A stretch of DNA of 64,000 nt from an uncultured Gammaproteobacteria bacterium (GCA_964409875.1 CAYPEN010000003.1:128557-192556); one strand, 5' to 3'. Shown: positions 1-8,707, counted from the first letter of the stretch. Notes: a model not told the origin generated them from the sequence alone. Program-made: numbers and translations.

Positions 1-395
1 GGAATGCCCAGTCGGATGCCGCCTCTTACAACGTCACGGTAACCGAGGTAGAGACTAATACAGTGATAAAAAACAACGAGTCAGAAACCGCTTCTACCAC
101 AAAGATTCTTTTTGCCGTAACCCAGGGAAAAACATATAAATGCGATGTGGTAGCGGTAAGCTCTTGTGGTGGGTTGGCCGCGGCAGCTTCGGACCAACTT
201 TTGTGCCAAGCAGATGCAATTATTTCAACACCCACAGCCACACTTGCACCTACTGCTACTGCTACCCCCACAAATCCTCCACTACCAACCGCAACTCCAA
301 CTATTGCAAAACCAGGCGGAGTCGCTCAAACAGTCGCGCTTATTGGTGGGGTTCTTATTGCGATTGTAGGCGGAATAATACTGCTTGCGCTTTAG
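1..395 (+). CDS. 3' part of a secreted/surface protein with Pro/Thr linker and C-terminal membrane anchor (5' truncated by window)
   Basis: Reading frame appears open from the window edge; PTATxxPT linker, then KPGG and a hydrophobic C-terminal helix. Confidence 0.75.
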   Translation, partial: NAQSDAASYNVTVTEVETNTVIKNNESETASTTKILFAVTQGKTYKCDVVAVSSCGGLAAAASDQLLCQADAIISTPTATLAPTATATPTNPPLPTATPTIAKPGGVAQTVALIGGVLIAIVGGIILLAL

Positions 396-431
396 TGTCT
401 ACTGTTTTCGTCGCGACGCAATTCACAGAGT

Positions 432-1385
432 ATGGAAGAAGAAAAAGCTGAAAATATATCAGAAGTAGAGGCTACAGGTAACAATACTTTATCCGATGTT
501 AGTCTTCCTTCAAAAGGAGCTACATTTCTGAAAGGGCGGCTATTAATTGGACTTCTTGTTGGTGCAATTGTCTTAATTTTATTACTCTTGCTCGGTCTAA
601 ATATTATAAGTTCAAGGAATAACCCCCAGACAGGCAAAGCGCCTCCCCCTGAGCCTGAGAACGTCCTTTTGGCAACTGTTGGAAGTAAGAAAATTTATAG
701 GAATGATGTAAGAGCGGTAGCCCTCGAACAATATGTCTCTTCAGGTATTAATAGTCAAATCATGAAACTGTCCCTTAACATTGCAGTTGAGCGTGCTATT
801 TTAGACAATGAAGCTGAAACAAAAAAAATTGTTGCCGAAAAAGGTAAAAACAAAATTGAATATTACGATAATCTGAAAAAAGCTATTATGTTGCGTACTG
901 TTGGCACTGTTACGGCTAATACGATTGGTTATTGGGTTCCAGCGTTTCATGACATTTATCCTCAAAAGCCTGAATATCAACAAATGCGTGATTTACAGAA
1001 TAAGATTTTTTCAGATGCAACAGTTTCGTTACAACAAGGAAAAACAACGTACGAAATTGGAAAATCTATTCTTGAAAATTACCCTGTTTACAAAGACCAG
1101 TTATCAGTAAATAGCTATAGAATAGCAAAAACAGACGATATTACACTTATGCAAAAACCTGTCGTTTATCAATACCTAGTTAATGAAAGCAATAAAGCAT
1201 TAGTGGATTTTATATTTTCACTTAAAAAAGGCCAAATAAAAACCTATACCTGGCCCGATGGTGAGGGAGGAGAGCTTGTTCAGATTGTTGACCAAAATGT
1301 TGGACCCAAAACAACATACGAGCAATGGTTAAAGGAAAAAGAGAAACCAGTTATATATGACCAAAAAAATATGTCTTTGCTTTAA
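432..1385 (+). CDS. Membrane-anchored hypothetical protein, weak SurA/PrsA N-terminal-like character
   Basis: 317 aa ORF, single N-terminal TM, 'LATVGSKKIYRNDV' resembles PrsA-type N-domains. Confidence 0.6.
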   Translation: MEEEKAENISEVEATGNNTLSDVSLPSKGATFLKGRLLIGLLVGAIVLILLLLLGLNIISSRNNPQTGKAPPPEPENVLLATVGSKKIYRNDVRAVALEQYVSSGINSQIMKLSLNIAVERAILDNEAETKKIVAEKGKNKIEYYDNLKKAIMLRTVGTVTANTIGYWVPAFHDIYPQKPEYQQMRDLQNKIFSDATVSLQQGKTTYEIGKSILENYPVYKDQLSVNSYRIAKTDDITLMQKPVVYQYLVNESNKALVDFIFSLKKGQIKTYTWPDGEGGELVQIVDQNVGPKTTYEQWLKEKEKPVIYDQKNMSLL

Positions 1386-1388
1386 ATA

Positions 1389-2984
1389 ATGAAAAGTATA
1401 TTGTTATTTGTATTCTCTGCTTTTTTTGTCTTTGTTTTATTGCAATTCAGTGTTCAGAGTGCCCATGCATCTTGCATGACTATAACAGGTTCCGTGTCAC
1501 TAAATTCAGGTCAGTGGCCGCAAGGAGCCGGCGGCTTGCAGCTTGCATGTGCAGGTGACAATCCTCAAGGAAATAGTCATTGTGGGGGATCGTCACAAAC
1601 CGTTATGCCAGGGCAGTCTTTCACTTTCTCAAATTGCAGTTGTCTTGCAGGTCCCTGTTTGAGCATAGCAAATGCATCGGTTCCACCTGGGTGTACTTTT
1701 GAGAGTTCTGTCAATTTTTGTGGTCAAAACGGGGATACGGTACAAGCGCCAATTAAATTAAATTGTCCTGCACCTCCTACGCCATGTGCGGGAGGCGCAG
1801 GATACTGTGGGGATGCAAATGGCAGTTTTGCAACATCCTGTCCCTATGGAGCAGAGCCGACGAGCTGGAACGATACAGGAGACAATTGGTGTGGTTCTTC
1901 AACATACAATCCGAATAATAGCCAAGCGGGGCATTGTTTTACAAAATGCAAACCAGCACCACCTGCAGCTCCTAAATGTGGTGATTCTTGTGCCGGCAAT
2001 CCTAATCTTTGCCAAAATATATCCGGCTGCAATTACTGTAATCCTTCCACAAATAAGTGTGAAGCTCCTCCAGCTTGTGGGGCAAATTGTGCGGGAAATC
2101 CTAATATTTGCCAAAACATTGTTGGCTGCAATTATTGCAATCCTGCAAACAACACATGTGCCGCACCACCTGTCACAAATCCACCGGTTACAAACCCTCC
2201 TGTCACAAATCCTCCGGTAACCAATCCGCCTAACCCAACGGCAACACCGACGACAGCGCCTGTTTGTGGAGCTGATTGTTCCCAAAATCCTAATCTATGC
2301 CAAAATATTTCGGGATGTAATTACTGTAATCCTACAAGCAAGAAGTGTGAAGCCCAGCCATCCCCTACACCAACCTCAACACCAAGCCCGACCCCTCCGC
2401 CATTTGACGAATCGATGTGTAGTTGTGACAGTCTTAATTTTACTCCAATTGTGCTTGGGGTAAAAACGAAAGTAACTGCTTACGGAAAAGTATTGGGAGT
2501 CAACAAAAACTATGCAAAAATTCCGACATTTACCTTTACGTGGTATCAGAGTCCTCCAAATAGTGCCCAAGCAACTATTAAAAAACAGGACAAAGTTAAT
2601 ACAACCATCATAGAAGACACAGCTGAAAAAGTGCGTTATCAGGCCATTTGGGATTTGGATGTACCAGCCAACTTGGATACTACCCAAACATACAGGATTC
2701 AGGCGCACCCCGATTGCTCTCGAAAGGCTGCCTTCTATGCGCCTACCACTACTGTGGCTGGAGCGTCGACAAGCAAACAGCTAAGTTTTTGGGATAGAAT
2801 AGCAAGTTTTTTTGCAGGGATTTTCAATGTCGCTGGAGGTGGTACTCCCCAAGCTGTAGGGCCAACGGCCACTCCTACGTTAACCCCACACGAGAAATCA
2901 TTGCAATTAAAGACCTTCAAGCCGGTGAATGTGTCGACTGGAATTGATGCGAAGAACTGCACATTTATAAAATTTAGCTTCTAG
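1389..2984 (+). CDS. Secreted cysteine-rich repeat protein with Pro/Thr linkers
   Basis: Signal peptide ending AHA; three 28-aa six-Cys repeats; PPVTN x4. Confidence 0.8.
   Translation: MKSILLFVFSAFFVFVLLQFSVQSAHASCMTITGSVSLNSGQWPQGAGGLQLACAGDNPQGNSHCGGSSQTVMPGQSFTFSNCSCLAGPCLSIANASVPPGCTFESSVNFCGQNGDTVQAPIKLNCPAPPTPCAGGAGYCGDANGSFATSCPYGAEPTSWNDTGDNWCGSSTYNPNNSQAGHCFTKCKPAPPAAPKCGDSCAGNPNLCQNISGCNYCNPSTNKCEAPPACGANCAGNPNICQNIVGCNYCNPANNTCAAPPVTNPPVTNPPVTNPPVTNPPNPTATPTTAPVCGADCSQNPNLCQNISGCNYCNPTSKKCEAQPSPTPTSTPSPTPPPFDESMCSCDSLNFTPIVLGVKTKVTAYGKVLGVNKNYAKIPTFTFTWYQSPPNSAQATIKKQDKVNTTIIEDTAEKVRYQAIWDLDVPANLDTTQTYRIQAHPDCSRKAAFYAPTTTVAGASTSKQLSFWDRIASFFAGIFNVAGGGTPQAVGPTATPTLTPHEKSLQLKTFKPVNVSTGIDAKNCTFIKFSF
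1977..2348 (+). repeat. Intragenic repeats: three 84-bp Cys modules (1977-2060, 2076-2159, 2265-2348) and a 15-bp PPVTN x4 tandem (2166-2225)
   Basis: CGxxCxxNPNxCQNIxGCNYCNPxxxxC read three times. Confidence 0.9.
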
Positions 2985-3233
2985 CTAAATTTTTGTTACA
3001 CATAAAGTTTTCTTTCTAAAAAATTCTACTAATAACTTAGTCATATCCATTAATGTCTTGCATAAACAATGGTATTCCGATTCCAAGAAAACTTTTACTT
3101 CGTATAAAATTTAGCTTTTAAGGTATCCTCGTTGTTTTTAGACCCCAAAATATAGTAAAATATAGGCTGAAACTGATGCCCGAGGTGCCCTCGTAAATAA
3201 AAATTTGCAAGGGCCATATAATAAAACGAGATT

Positions 3234-3306
3234 GCCCTCGTAGCTCAATGGATAGAGCACATCGGTTCTAACGATTAGGTTGGGGGTTCGAGTCCCTTCG
3301 AGGGCG
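3234..3306 (+). tRNA. tRNA-Arg(TCT)
   Basis: Acceptor GCCCTCG/CGAGGGC, D arm GCTC/GAGC, anticodon loop GT-TCT-AA, T arm GGTTCGAGTCC. Confidence 0.93.
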
Positions 3307-3351
3307 CAAAGAAGAATACGAGATAAGTAGAATATAGGTAGCAGTCGAAGA

Positions 3352-3418
3352 GTTCTAACGATTAGGGTGTTCGCTATCGAAGAAAGCGCACCGGGTTCGA
3401 GTCCCTTCGAGGGCGCAA
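3352..3418 (+). pseudogene. Duplicated 3' half of tRNA-Arg with a 26-nt hairpin replacing 4 nt of the variable region
   Basis: GTTCTAACGATTAGG and GGGTTCGAGTCCCTTCGAGGGCGCAA identical to the upstream tRNA; insert 3367-3392. Confidence 0.85.
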
Positions 3419-3488
3419 GAAATTGATTAGGTGGATGTAAGCCAAATTAAAATTTGTCTTGCATGCCACCAAAAAAATTTCATTTTTT

Positions 3489-3561
3489 GGTGGATGTAGC
3501 TCAACAGTAGAGCGCAGGTTTGTGGAACCTGAGGTCGCGGGGGCGGCACCCGTCTTCCACC
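3489..3561 (+). tRNA. tRNA-His(GTG) with G-1 and a non-canonical T loop
   Basis: G-1:C73, anticodon arm CAGGT-TTGTGGA-ACCTG, T arm GCGGG-GGCGGCA-CCCGT. Confidence 0.85.
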
Positions 3562-3564
3562 CAT

Positions 3565-4101
3565 ATGATACGTTTTGAAACACAACTATTCAAAATAGGT
3601 GAGTGGACAATTCTCCATCTTCCTCCTGAAGAAAGCGCAAAGCTTCCGACAAGAAGCATGTTGATGGTTGCAGGCACTCTTAATGATATTCCATTCAAAA
3701 CCTTACTTGAGCCTGATGGGGTGTATGGAAGTGGAAAAAAACCAAGTCATTGGTTCAGGCCTTCTGAAAAATTACTCCAAGAGGCGCATGCGAAAGTTGG
3801 AAACACAGTGAAAGTAGAACTTGAACCAACAAAAGAGTGGGTTGAGCCGGAAATACCACAGGATGTGGAGAAAGCTCTTGGAACATCTTCAAAAGCGAGA
3901 GACATCTGGGACGACATAACTCCCTCCGCGCGATGGGATTGGATACGGTGGGTGAGAGCAGTCAAGACCGAAGAAACCCGAAAAAAGCATTTGGACGTTA
4001 TGCTTGATAAGCTCAACAAGGGGATGAGACGGCCATGTTGTTTTAACCGAAACATGTGCAGTGTACCAGAAGTTTCAAACAACTGGGCGCTAATGGTGTA
4101 G
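3565..4101 (+). CDS. DUF1905 + YdeI/OmdA (bacteriocin-protection-like) domain protein
   Basis: N-terminal 'V.GTLN..PF' and C-terminal 'W..ITPSAR..WIRWV..K..ETR..'; ATG at 3565 just after tRNA-His. Confidence 0.8.
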   Translation: MIRFETQLFKIGEWTILHLPPEESAKLPTRSMLMVAGTLNDIPFKTLLEPDGVYGSGKKPSHWFRPSEKLLQEAHAKVGNTVKVELEPTKEWVEPEIPQDVEKALGTSSKARDIWDDITPSARWDWIRWVRAVKTEETRKKHLDVMLDKLNKGMRRPCCFNRNMCSVPEVSNNWALMV

Positions 4102-4114
4102 CCCCAATCATAAC

Positions 4115-5038
4115 TTAGGTCATTTTGCCCTTCTCGATAGAGTGGTGGCCGAACATATTTCTCATGCCCGTTAAAAGCTTGCCCGTGTAGTTGGGCTTTT
4201 TTTGGGATTTAACCCTGAATTCAAAGCTTTTTTCGATGATTTCAGCAGGAACCTTGAATTCTTTTGCAGTTTTTGCAGTCCATTCTCCCTCGCCGGTGTA
4301 CCCGACCGAGCCTGAAACATCTTCTAAGTCCTGCCCATATGCTTTTAACGCGTCTTGAAGCCATCCCACGAGCCTGCTTGTCACAACGCTTCCATGCTGG
4401 TAAATTTCGGCTACATCTATAAGATTCAAATTGAAAGGAGACTTCTTCATGATTTCAAAACCCTCGGCTATTGATTGCATCATGCCGTATTCGATGCCAT
4501 TATGGACCATTTTTACAAAGTGTCCTGCTCCAATCCCCTCAAAATGCATGTACCCATCAGGAATCGAAACGTCCTTAAACAAAGGTTCTATGTATTCAAA
4601 AGTCTTTTTGTCTCCTCCCACCATGCAGCATGCCCCTTTTCGGGCTCCCCCCGGGCCTCCCGAAATACCGGCGTCGACAAATTTAATGCCTTTTTTGGCA
4701 AGTTTTTTGCCTCGTTCAACTGCCAATTTATAATAGGAGTTGCCACCGTCAATTACTATGTCATCCTTCTCCAGAAGGTCTTGCAGGCCACCTTTCCCAA
4801 AAAGCACCTCGTCATTGGCACCATCTGCTGTCAGCATAAGAACAATAACTCTAGGCTTTGGAAGAAGCGCAGCGAGTTCTTTGTATGAATACGCCCCGGT
4901 AAGCCCAACTTTTTCAAGCTCCCGGGTGACTGCCTCGGTACGGTTGTAGCCTACAACTTTCCATTTGTGGTCTAGAAGGTTTTGAGCAAGACCACCGCCC
5001 ATTCTGCCAAGTCCAATTATTCCTGCAATTTTTTTCAT
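4115..5038 (-). CDS. gnd: 6-phosphogluconate dehydrogenase (decarboxylating, short type)
   Basis: GLGRMG, DGGNS, GAGHFVKMVHNGIEYG motifs. Confidence 0.95.
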   Translation of the reverse strand: MKKIAGIIGLGRMGGGLAQNLLDHKWKVVGYNRTEAVTRELEKVGLTGAYSYKELAALLPKPRVIVLMLTADGANDEVLFGKGGLQDLLEKDDIVIDGGNSYYKLAVERGKKLAKKGIKFVDAGISGGPGGARKGACCMVGGDKKTFEYIEPLFKDVSIPDGYMHFEGIGAGHFVKMVHNGIEYGMMQSIAEGFEIMKKSPFNLNLIDVAEIYQHGSVVTSRLVGWLQDALKAYGQDLEDVSGSVGYTGEGEWTAKTAKEFKVPAEIIEKSFEFRVKSQKKPNYTGKLLTGMRNMFGHHSIEKGKMT

Positions 5039-6489
5039 ATATTATTTTTTGTCATTTTATCAGCCATTGTTATCGCCTGTCTAGTATCGGGAGCATACTC
5101 AGTTAAGGGGACAATATTTTCATTCCACGCTTCAATAATCGGGTCTATGTATTTCCAACATGCTTGAATTTCGGGAGTTGAGAGGAACAGCAATTGATTT
5201 CCCGATATGCAATCAAGAAGTAATTTTTCGTATTCTTCAACGTACTGTACTCGCTCGTTTACCCTTCGATAAACGAAATTAAGCTTTCTATGAGAATAGT
5301 TATTATCAAGTCCAGGTCTCTTTGAACGGAATTCAATCGTAATTCCTTCCTTGGGTTCAAGTGAAAAAATAATTCGGTTCTTAAAATGAGGGGTTCCGGG
5401 AGGACAGAAACAAGGAGAAGGATGCTTAAGGATTACTTCAATTTCTTTTCTGAGAGGCAACCTTTTTCCTGCTTCCATCATAATTTCTACACCGCTCCAA
5501 CGCGCAGAAGCTAGCCTTGCCTTGACTCTAAAAAAAGTTTCCTTTTTAGAATGAGGGTCAACACCCGATATATTTTTGTATCCCTTGTATTGAGCCCTAA
5601 AAGTTCCGTTTTTAATTTCCTCATGGCTTAAAATTTCAAGCTGGGATAGAAGGTCTGCGCGTGCCCTCCGTATATCTTCTGCTCCCAAGCTTTTCGGCCT
5701 GTCCATGGTTACTAAGGCCAACATTTGAAGCAGGTGATTCTGCCCAACATCCCTCAAAGCCCCGACACTATCGTAGAATGCTCCTCTTCCTTCCGCACCA
5801 ATTGTTTCCCATGTGCGGATATTAATCTTAGAGATAAACCCGTTGTTCCATTCATTTTCAAACAAATTATTCGAAAACCGAAATGTCATAATGTTTTGAA
5901 GCATCTCCTTTGCTAAATAATGGTCAATGCGGTATATCTGCTCTTCTTTGAAGAGAGTTGCCAGAAATACATCCAAATCTTCGGCTGTTTTATAATCATG
6001 ACCAAAAGGCTTTTCAACGATTACCCTCGTCCAGCCTTCATCGGGACCGCAAGGAATGGTAAGGCCGGAAGAGGCTAGATGCTCACAAATTCTTTTGTAA
6101 TATTGAGGCGGTACGGCAAGGTAGAATAGCTTATTTGAACAGACGTTCCATTGACCATCAATTATTCCCATCCGTTCTGCTAAGCTTTTGTAGGAGGACA
6201 TGTCCTCGAAATCCCCTCTGTGATACAAGAAAAAAGTCAAGAACTTTTGAATTTGTTCATTTGTCATTTTCTCTTTGGAATGTTTTATCAAAAGTTGGTG
6301 GATGTAGTCGATGAATTGTTCATCCGTTAATTCGCGGCGAGACACCCCAATAATTTTGAAAAGATGGGGAAATTTGCCTTTCTTGTAGAGGTGGAATAGG
6401 GCGGGTACAATCTTTTTCCCCATTAAATCACCTGTTGCTCCGTAGATGATAAATACAGTGGGGATATTGCGAGTTTGTAAATTTTCCAT
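5035..6489 (-). CDS. zwf: Glucose-6-phosphate 1-dehydrogenase
   Basis: GATGDL, EKPFG, RIDHYLAKE, QNHLLQ motifs. Confidence 0.96.
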   Translation of the reverse strand: MENLQTRNIPTVFIIYGATGDLMGKKIVPALFHLYKKGKFPHLFKIIGVSRRELTDEQFIDYIHQLLIKHSKEKMTNEQIQKFLTFFLYHRGDFEDMSSYKSLAERMGIIDGQWNVCSNKLFYLAVPPQYYKRICEHLASSGLTIPCGPDEGWTRVIVEKPFGHDYKTAEDLDVFLATLFKEEQIYRIDHYLAKEMLQNIMTFRFSNNLFENEWNNGFISKINIRTWETIGAEGRGAFYDSVGALRDVGQNHLLQMLALVTMDRPKSLGAEDIRRARADLLSQLEILSHEEIKNGTFRAQYKGYKNISGVDPHSKKETFFRVKARLASARWSGVEIMMEAGKRLPLRKEIEVILKHPSPCFCPPGTPHFKNRIIFSLEPKEGITIEFRSKRPGLDNNYSHRKLNFVYRRVNERVQYVEEYEKLLLDCISGNQLLFLSTPEIQACWKYIDPIIEAWNENIVPLTEYAPDTRQAITMADKMTKNNI

Positions 6490-6669
6490 CTAGCCTATTG
6501 TAGTCAAACAAACTCACCATTACAAGAAGGTACTAATTGGTGGGGGGGGAGATGTACTTATATTAGGAGTTAGATTTCTTGAGCGGGATAGCGTTTTCTT
6601 GCAACGTATTGTTGTAAGAACCCCTCGCTTTTGCTCGGAACCTTGTCCCTCTCAAAATCTGCGATTTTG

Positions 6670-6740
6670 AGCGGGATACGAGAATCGAACTCGTTACCTC
6701 AGATTGGAAATCTGATGTTTTACCGGTAAACTAATCCCGC
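6670..6740 (-). tRNA. tRNA-Gly(TCC)
   Basis: GCGGGAT/ATCCCGC acceptor with U73, anticodon arm TCAGA-TTTCCAA-TCTGA, GTTCGATTC. Confidence 0.93.
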
Positions 6741-6980
6741 TAGTATTTAATTTTAAGATAGTTATAAAGAACTATTCTAAAATTAAATGTTAATGAATTA
6801 GTTTGCCGGCAAGCTTTGCTTCCCGGTAAACTAATCATAAAATGATTTTCATTGGGATTCGTGTGCCGGCAAAATTTTTTTACCGGTAAGCGGAGCTTGG
6901 TTTTTGCTACGCTCAAACTAAACTAATCCTTGCAAATATTAGGTTTAAGTTCAGTACAAACTAATCCCGCGAATAGAGGT

Positions 6981-6989
6981 ATTATATCA
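6981..6989 (-). promoter_or_regulatory. Extended -10 promoter (TGA-TATAAT) for the tRNA-Gly transcript
   Basis: TATAAT 10 nt upstream of the outermost tRNA-Gly 5' echo at 6970. Confidence 0.6.
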
Positions 6990-7119
6990 AAGCAAAAAAA
7001 TCTAAACAACATGTTTAGTAGAAATAATACCTCTATCTATTGCACACCTTATCTCCCGAAGAAGACCATTTTTGAACTTCAGGCAGTAAAAAGATATCAA
7101 TAATTTCTGCGGGCAGTAA

Positions 7120-7338
7120 TTATTTCTTCTTTGAACCCATCAATTCATTCCATAGGAGCCAAAGACCTGAAAGTCCGACAAGAATGTAGACGAGATTTTC
7201 AAGACCTGGCCAGCTACCGAGGATAAGTTTGACGACGTTCCAATTAGTGTTGCCCATGGCATTTCCCAAACCGACAAGAAGCCAGTTAAGGGCACCAATA
7301 ATGGCTAACCACCATGCAATCATAGGAAGTTTCTTCAT
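7120..7338 (-). CDS. DUF378 small membrane protein
   Basis: 'IIGALNW.LVG' and 'VYILVGLSG' motifs; strong SD AAAGGAGGTGA. Confidence 0.85.
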   Translation of the reverse strand: MKKLPMIAWWLAIIGALNWLLVGLGNAMGNTNWNVVKLILGSWPGLENLVYILVGLSGLWLLWNELMGSKKK

Positions 7339-7484
7339 ATTTAGTTCACCTCCTTTCTTGCTATCAACTTCAAGTGTATCTACTTTTTTGAAACTATGTC
7401 AAGAGGGTGAATTATATAAGACCGTGTCGTGAATTAAAAAAGAGAGTATTTGCAATCCAAAACAGAATAGATAAAACTACACAA

Positions 7485-7589
7485 CCGAACAACGAAGTTG
7501 TTAGTCGGGGTGAAAGGACTTGTTCTGCTTGCAGTGCGTAGCACAATTCGGCCGAACAACGAAGTTGTTAGTCGGGGTGAAAGGACTTG
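7485..7589. repeat. 38-bp perfect direct repeat (7485-7522, 7552-7589) including the 3' end of tRNA-Pro
   Basis: CCGAACAACGAAGTTGTTAGTCGGGGTGAAAGGACTTG twice with a 29-nt spacer. Confidence 0.95.
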
Positions 7590-7644
7590 AACCTTCGGCC
7601 TCACGGTCCCAAACCGCGCGCTCTACCAACTGAGCTACACCCCG
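7572..7644 (-). tRNA. tRNA-Pro(TGG)
   Basis: CGGGGTG/CACCCCG acceptor, anticodon arm CGCGG-TTTGGGA-CCGTG, GGTTCAAGTCC. Confidence 0.94.
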
Positions 7645-7833
7645 CAAAAAAATAGTATTTTTTTGCGGGGAGCCAAGACGAGCCACCACATTTATACTAT
7701 TTTTTATAAAGCGAGGCTTACACCCCGCAATCCATCTATTTTACCTTTGGATGTATTCAAACACAAGCACAACAGCTAATATCTCAGACTAGTACACAAT
7801 GTATCAATATTTTAAATTAGGTTCAAATAGTAC

Positions 7834-7862
7834 TTGACAAAATGACTTTGAACGTGCATATT
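7834..7862 (+). promoter_or_regulatory. Sigma70-type promoter for the small CC1-like gene
   Basis: TTGACA-17 nt-CATATT. Confidence 0.55.
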
Positions 7863-7987
7863 AGTAAGGTACGCTCAAGAGCATTAAATTTGAACCTAAT
7901 TAAGTTCAAATTTTAACTTTTTGAATGTATTTCAGTTTAAAAAAATTAAATTGAACTATCCTAGACGTAAAGGAGGTGACTTAAAAA

Positions 7988-8164
7988 ATGAAAATGCAAT
8001 TTTACGATGTTAAAACAAGAAGCAAAATCGAGGCTGAAGTTACCGAAAAAACCACATACCAAGTTAAAGGACAGACAAAATACGCTGTAAAGGGAAAAAC
8101 CTCTGACGGAAGAAATCTGACCCGATTTGTTTCAAAAGACGCATACGATTCAGTATCTGTATAA
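7988..8164 (+). CDS. 58-aa basic protein resembling crenarchaeal chromatin protein CC1 (below ORF-track cutoff)
   Basis: MKMQFYDVKTRSKIEAEVTEKTTYQVKGQTKYAVKGKTSDGRNLTRFVSKDAYDSVSV; SD AAGGAGGTG, promoter upstream, hairpins downstream. Confidence 0.85.
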   Translation: MKMQFYDVKTRSKIEAEVTEKTTYQVKGQTKYAVKGKTSDGRNLTRFVSKDAYDSVSV

Positions 8165-8211
8165 GCGTTTTTAAAACAACCAGCGTATATGAATATATAC
8201 GCTACAAATAT

Positions 8212-8241
8212 CATTAACAGACCAGAAATGGTCTGTTAATG
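8212..8241. terminator. Strong hairpin after the small gene, probable terminator
   Basis: CATTAACAGACCA-GAAA-TGGTCTGTTAATG, 13-bp stem. Confidence 0.65.
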
Positions 8242-8257
8242 TGTAGAAAGCCCCTGT

Positions 8258-8286
8258 TTGACAAATGCAAATAATTTGCATATACT
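8258..8286 (+). promoter_or_regulatory. Promoter with overlapping Fur/Zur-type operator
   Basis: TTGACA(8258)-17 nt-TATACT(8281); perfect 8-1-8 palindrome ATGCAAAT-A-ATTTGCAT at 8265-8281. Confidence 0.8.
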
Positions 8287-8295
8287 TCTTACAAT

Positions 8296-8706
8296 ATGAA
8301 TTTCCAGAAAGAATTAATACGCAATAAGGGTCTTCGTGTCACACCTGCGCGAGTTGCGGTATTAAATGTTCTTTCGGATTCAAAGCAACCTCTGGATATT
8401 TCTTCAATTTGGGATGAGCTGGTGCGTAAGAGAATCGATGCCGATCAAGCCACAATCTACAGGATTATAGAAAATTTCATACAAAAGGGTCTTATCTTGC
8501 GTCTTCAATTTCAGGAAAAAAAGTTCTTTTATGAGGCAAAACGTGAGGAACATCATCATATCATGTGTACAAATTGCGGAAGAATAGAGGATGTTTCCAG
8601 GTGTAATATTAAACGCTTAGAGAACGAAATTGAAAAAAACTCGGGTTTTACGGTGAATAGTCACTCACTTGAATTTTTCGGGGTCTGCAAAGGCTGTAGA
8701 CAATAA
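8296..8706 (+). CDS. Fur-family transcriptional regulator, probably Zur
   Basis: GLRVTPAR, ATIYR, HHHIMCxxCG, C-terminal CxxC; upstream of a ZIP transporter. Confidence 0.9.
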   Translation: MNFQKELIRNKGLRVTPARVAVLNVLSDSKQPLDISSIWDELVRKRIDADQATIYRIIENFIQKGLILRLQFQEKKFFYEAKREEHHHIMCTNCGRIEDVSRCNIKRLENEIEKNSGFTVNSHSLEFFGVCKGCRQ

Positions 8707-8707
8707 T

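Noticed and set aside
3520-3564. Track start of the DUF1905 ORF
   Set aside because: Lies inside tRNA-His; ATG at 3565 preferred
6542-6549. G8 tract upstream of zwf as a phase-variable site
   Set aside because: Single intergenic tract with no supported promoter context
7485-7589. 38-bp repeat with 29-nt spacer as a CRISPR array
   Set aside because: Only two copies, one overlaps tRNA-Pro, and there are no cas genes in the window
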